Shown here piece by piece: positions 60,027-64,000 of a stretch of 64,000 nucleotides of DNA. The notes beneath the pieces were generated by a model, which was not told where the DNA came from, did not search any database, and saw nothing but the letters and a program-made list of their open reading frames with translations. The DNA is from an uncultured Eubacterium sp. (lineage in GTDB: Bacteria > Bacillota > Clostridia > Lachnospirales > Lachnospiraceae): the NCBI GenBank assembly GCA_900552795.1, contig USBB01000007.1, positions 1,753 through 65,752 of the forward strand, given 5' to 3'. Both the position numbers and the translations under genes were made by a program. Position 1 is the first letter of the stretch. Each line of letters starts with the position of its first letter.

Positions 60027-62330
60027 TCAGCCTGTTGTTCTTGATATATCAGTAACGCCCGGAATATTCCTGAACTTTTCAATAAGTCTTGAAAGCTCGT
60101 CCTTTCCATGCACATCAAATCCAAGAGTAATCGTAGCCTGATCCTTTTTGTTAACACGGCTGTTCATAAATCTTAAATCTATATTAGCCTCAGTAAATAC
60201 CCTTGATATATCCACTATTAATCCGGTTCTGTTCTGTGCGTAAATATTAATCTCAGCACTGTATTTTTCACTTCCGGTATCTGTCTTTTCCCATTCGGCA
60301 TCAATAAGACGCTCTCTCTCACTTTCAGGAAAATTAAGCACATTTACACAGTCTGTCCTGTGTATTGTAACACCTCTTCCTCTCGTAACAAAACCTATAA
60401 TTTCATCACCCGGAACCGGATTACAGCATCTTGAAAAACGCACTGCCACATCATGTATTCCCTTTACAGTAATACCACCCTTGGCATTCTTGGCTTTAGC
60501 CTTATCTTTGTTTTCATTCTGTGCTATACCGTCAAGCACCTGTTTATCGGTAATTTCGGATTTTTTATGCTTATCATACTCCTCAGAAAGCCTGTTTACT
60601 ACCTGACCTTCTTTTAATCCGCCATGACCTACAGATGCAAGAAGCGAATCCCAATCCTTAAAACCGTATTTTGCCATAGCCTTTTCCATATATTCAGGCT
60701 TTGCGATATCTGAAAATACAATTCCCTTTGCCTTACAGTAATTGGAAATAAGTTCTTTTCCTCTTATTATGTTATCTTCTTTTAATTCCTGTTTAAACCA
60801 CTGGTTAATCTTATTGCGGGCCTGAGTACTCTTTACAATGCTCAGCCAGTCACGGCTCGGTCCCTTTGAATTCTGTGATGTGATAATTTCAACTCTATCA
60901 CCGCTTTTAAGCTTGTAATCAATATTTACAAGCTTTCCATTTACTCTTGCACCCACCATCTTGTTTCCGACAGCACTGTGAATACTATACGCAAAATCTA
61001 CCGGACATGAACCTCCCGGAAGATTTTTAACATCTCCTGTAGGTGTAAAGCAATATATATTATCTGAAAAAAGATTAAGATCGTTTTTAATTGATGACAG
61101 AAATTCCTTGTTATCTGACATCTCCTTCTGCCATTCAAGCATCTGACGAAGCCAGCTTAATTTAGCCTCCTCATTCGAGCCTGAACTGCCTTTTCCCTCT
61201 TTGTACTTCCAATGCGCTGCAATACCATACTCAGCAGTTCTATGCATCTCATATGTTCTTATCTGTATCTCAAAAGGCTGACCGTTTGAGGCTATAAGTG
61301 TAGTGTGCAGTGACTGGTACATATTAGGCTTAGGCATGGCAATATAATCCTTGAAACGTCCCGGAATCGGTTTATACATCTCATGGATTACACCAAGTGC
61401 AGCATAACAGTCTTTAACCGTATCGACTATTATTCTTACTGCAAAAATATCATAAATCTGGTCCAGAGTCTTATTCTGGTTTACCATTTTTCTGTATATT
61501 GAAAAGAAATGTTTTACACGTCCGTCAATTTTAGCCTCTATGCCGGCATTGCTTATGTGCATCCCAACTTCTTTTATAATACTTTCAATAAAAGCTTCTC
61601 TTCCCGGACGATTAATATTTACCTGATTCACTAAATCCTCATATACATCCGGCATGAGATATTTCATGGAAAGATCGTCTAACTCTACCTTTATCTTGGA
61701 AATACCGAGTCTGTGCGCTATCGGAGCATATATTTCCATAGTTTCTCTCGATTTTTCCACCTGCTTAACCGGAGACTGATACTGCATTGTTCTCATATTA
61801 TGCAGTCTGTCGGCAAGCTTTATCATAATAACTCTTATGTCTTTTGCCATTGCAAGGAACATTTTTCTTAAATTTTCGGCTTGAACCTCTATCTTGTCAT
61901 GCTGATAATTTAATTGTGTAAGCTTTGTAACACCATCCACAAGCAGAGCAACCTCAGCTCCAAACTCCTTTGTCACATCTTCACTTGTCATGACGGTATC
62001 CTCAACCACGTCATGAAGAAGCCCCGCTATTATAGTTTCCTTATCAAGCTCCAACTCCGCAAGAATAATTGCTACGCATAAAGGATGAATAATATACGGT
62101 TCGCCTGATTTTCTAAGCTGTCCTTCATGTGCCTTATACGCAATCCTATAAGCTTTTTCGATATCTGACAAATCAGTGGATGGATGATATTTTCTGATTT
62201 CTGCTATAAGCTTATCGTAAAGCACGTCCGGACTTGTAAAATCTGCAGGCGTATCCACTGTTTTCTCAAGCTTTTCGAACTTTTCAGTTTTTAAGTTGGA
62301 TTCATTTTCAAGAATAATCTTTTCAGGCAT
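60027..62330 (-). CDS. rel: Bifunctional (p)ppGpp synthetase/hydrolase Rel/SpoT
   Basis: HD hydrolase domain, RelA/SpoT synthetase, TGS and ACT domains. Start at MPEKII with a GGAGGTG RBS; the ORF track's 62435 start runs into repeat D. Confidence 0.9.
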   Translation of the reverse strand: MPEKIILENESNLKTEKFEKLEKTVDTPADFTSPDVLYDKLIAEIRKYHPSTDLSDIEKAYRIAYKAHEGQLRKSGEPYIIHPLCVAIILAELELDKETIIAGLLHDVVEDTVMTSEDVTKEFGAEVALLVDGVTKLTQLNYQHDKIEVQAENLRKMFLAMAKDIRVIMIKLADRLHNMRTMQYQSPVKQVEKSRETMEIYAPIAHRLGISKIKVELDDLSMKYLMPDVYEDLVNQVNINRPGREAFIESIIKEVGMHISNAGIEAKIDGRVKHFFSIYRKMVNQNKTLDQIYDIFAVRIIVDTVKDCYAALGVIHEMYKPIPGRFKDYIAMPKPNMYQSLHTTLIASNGQPFEIQIRTYEMHRTAEYGIAAHWKYKEGKGSSGSNEEAKLSWLRQMLEWQKEMSDNKEFLSSIKNDLNLFSDNIYCFTPTGDVKNLPGGSCPVDFAYSIHSAVGNKMVGARVNGKLVNIDYKLKSGDRVEIITSQNSKGPSRDWLSIVKSTQARNKINQWFKQELKEDNIIRGKELISNYCKAKGIVFSDIAKPEYMEKAMAKYGFKDWDSLLASVGHGGLKEGQVVNRLSEEYDKHKKSEITDKQVLDGIAQNENKDKAKAKNAKGGITVKGIHDVAVRFSRCCNPVPGDEIIGFVTRGRGVTIHRTDCVNVLNFPESERERLIDAEWEKTDTGSEKYSAEINIYAQNRTGLIVDISRVFTEANIDLRFMNSRVNKKDQATITLGFDVHGKDELSRLIEKFRNIPGVTDISRTTG

Positions 62331-62372
62331 ACGCCACCTCCGTGTAAAATGTGCAAATGTGTCTGTGCAACT

Positions 62373-62436
62373 CAAGGTCTGATTCCGACATTGTACGAAA
62401 ACAAGCGGTATCAGACCTTTTGACACTGTAATCACT
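62373..62436 (+). repeat. Copy D of the dispersed palindromic repeat, in the rel 5' leader
   Basis: CAAGGTCTGAT…ATCAGACCTT-TTGACACTGTAATC. Confidence 0.55.
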
Positions 62437-62538
62437 ATATTATACTTACTTCAATAAGAAATTTCAAGTCATTTATTACATAGTACATTTTTTGCTATGC
62501 CTGTGTACTCTGTAAGACTTTTTAAACATATGCTTATT

Positions 62539-63408
62539 TTAAACCTCTGCATATGTACGTTCCATAAATTCTCTTGTTGCAACTGCATTTTCAGGAACGG
62601 TGTTTTCAAGGGTACAATGTACATATGGCTTAAATTCCTTGATTTTTTTAAGCAGCAGCGGATAATTTAAGCTGCCCGTACCTGCTGCTATAGACTTAAG
62701 TTCATTGCCCTCGACAACATAATCCTTACAATGAACTACAGCTATATTATCCCCAAGTAACTCAAAAGCTTTACATATTATTTCATCCTGTTTATCTATA
62801 TTATCAACACAAAGCAGATTTACAGGGTCAAATATTATCTGAAGATTAGGAGAATCAATCGCATCAAGAACTTTTCTTGCACGCTCCACAGTACACACAA
62901 TGTGCTTCCAGACAGGCTCTATCGCAAAAATCACGCCGAACTGTTCTGCATATTTAACAATCGGTCTTAAATTCTCGATAAATATGTCAAGTGCCTCATC
63001 TGTATGGTTAGCAGGCTCATACTTATATTCCTCATTTACTGCTCCCGTCTCTGTTCCAACCACTCCGCATCCAAGCACACTCGCAAATCTTATATGAGCC
63101 TTGTACTTCTCAACTATTTTTTCATGCTGCTCCTTATTAGGATTGCATAAATTAAGATAACAGCCAAGAACAGCAACATCTACTTTATTTTCTGCACATA
63201 ACTGCTTTATATACATCGCAAGTCCCGGTGTCATAGTACTTATCTCCGGCTTAAACTCCTTAATTGACTTGCTTAGTGCAATGTGCATACAGTGAAATCC
63301 CTGATTGTGAATATTAGGAATCAACTCCTCAAGTGGTGCATACTTTACATCATGTGCTCTTATGCCTATTCTCATAAATACCTCATTTCTGCGCTGCGCA
63401 TTTCGCAT
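62539..63408 (-). CDS. Sugar phosphate isomerase/epimerase (xylose isomerase-like TIM barrel)
   Basis: 289 aa TIM-barrel-like pattern; weak family assignment. Confidence 0.5.
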   Translation of the reverse strand: MRNAQRRNEVFMRIGIRAHDVKYAPLEELIPNIHNQGFHCMHIALSKSIKEFKPEISTMTPGLAMYIKQLCAENKVDVAVLGCYLNLCNPNKEQHEKIVEKYKAHIRFASVLGCGVVGTETGAVNEEYKYEPANHTDEALDIFIENLRPIVKYAEQFGVIFAIEPVWKHIVCTVERARKVLDAIDSPNLQIIFDPVNLLCVDNIDKQDEIICKAFELLGDNIAVVHCKDYVVEGNELKSIAAGTGSLNYPLLLKKIKEFKPYVHCTLENTVPENAVATREFMERTYAEV

Positions 63409-63457
63409 AACAAGTTTGCTGTCAGGCAGCGCGAAATATGCAAACTTGTAGTCTGAT

Positions 63458-64000
63458 TTAAATCATTTCATTTTTTGATATAGCATTATAATATGTTATA
63501 AGAGGAATGAAGCTTTGTGCAAATGATTTAGTACCTCCGCCGGCACAAATAACAGCATCGTCTATAATCTGCTTCGCACCATTAGTTGATGGTGCTGCCT
63601 CTTGTATTGCCCGGTTAAATGTCTTAAGACCCGGTTTTAAATATTTTACATCACCTGTAAGCTCATATGCAATAGCTAATGACTCTAAAAGTAATGTATT
63701 ATTTCCAAGTCTTTGCAAACTTGGAAGTTCTTTATAATAAAACAGTCCGTTATCAAGCATACAATTATCTATTAAATCATCGACAGCTCTTATAATCATC
63801 TGTTTTATATCCTCTCTCGGGAACACTCTGTAGTAACGCATCACGCTTCCTACGGCAACAGATATCATAAATCCTACTCTTATAGTTGTATTATCAGTAT
63901 ATGGAGCAAGCCAGTTTCCATACTCCTCCTCCCATACCTTAAAGCTGTCTATAATCCATTCACATTTCTTTGTCCATTTTTCATCATGTGTCTCAATGTA
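63458..64000 (-). CDS. Hypothetical protein, 5'-truncated by the window edge
   Basis: The ORF continues in frame to position 64000 upstream of the annotated Met. Confidence 0.4.
   Translation of the reverse strand, partial: YIETHDEKWTKKCEWIIDSFKVWEEEYGNWLAPYTDNTTIRVGFMISVAVGSVMRYYRVFPREDIKQMIIRAVDDLIDNCMLDNGLFYYKELPSLQRLGNNTLLLESLAIAYELTGDVKYLKPGLKTFNRAIQEAAPSTNGAKQIIDDAVICAGGGTKSFAQSFIPLITYYNAISKNEMI

Noticed and set aside
62421-62450. Sigma-70 promoter reading TTGACA-N15-TATACT inside repeat copy D (and analogous hexamers in copies B and C)
   Set aside because: Spacer is suboptimal and there is no plus-strand gene downstream in any copy. The TTGACA is part of the conserved repeat core rather than a promoter.

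Overview
The window looks like two unrelated genomic contexts joined at about 16.9-17.8 kb. No rRNA, tRNA or CRISPR array was seen anywhere. (1) 1-16.9 kb has Streptococcus-type housekeeping synteny: asnA, two paralogous secreted coiled-coil proteins, rsmD-coaD-sepM/ylbL-like, an aquaporin gene fragment, a 5'-nucleotidase, yutD-rlmN-vanZ, a heterodimeric ABC multidrug exporter pair, and an ABC-2 transporter with a HisKA_3 kinase and NarL regulator. (2) 17.8-64 kb is an AT-rich Clostridia/Lachnospiraceae-type region. It holds a small accessory island (TetR, Ntn hydrolase, sigma-70 pair, MerR), murF-ddl, citrate synthase, a split purH, pheA, a divergent argCJBD/argG cluster, glyA, a chemoreceptor, aspS, a HemZ-like radical SAM::HD-GYP fusion, rel, and a previously unannotated bacteriocin system at 40.1-51.0 kb. 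That system is an M50 (RseP-like) protease, a C39-peptidase ABC transporter and HlyD in one operon, followed by a two-peptide double-glycine-leader bacteriocin cassette (alpha 72 aa, beta 64 aa, immunity-like membrane protein). The cassette is present twice as a ~1.2 kb near-identical direct repeat 4.46 kb apart. Between the copies lies a minus-strand array of a CPBP/Abi protease, a GyrI-like protein and at least eight small membrane proteins, three of them under 60 aa and absent from the ORF track. A dispersed GC-rich palindromic repeat with core CAAGACCTTTTGACACTGTAATC occurs at least four times; one copy is a ~200 bp MITE-like composite.
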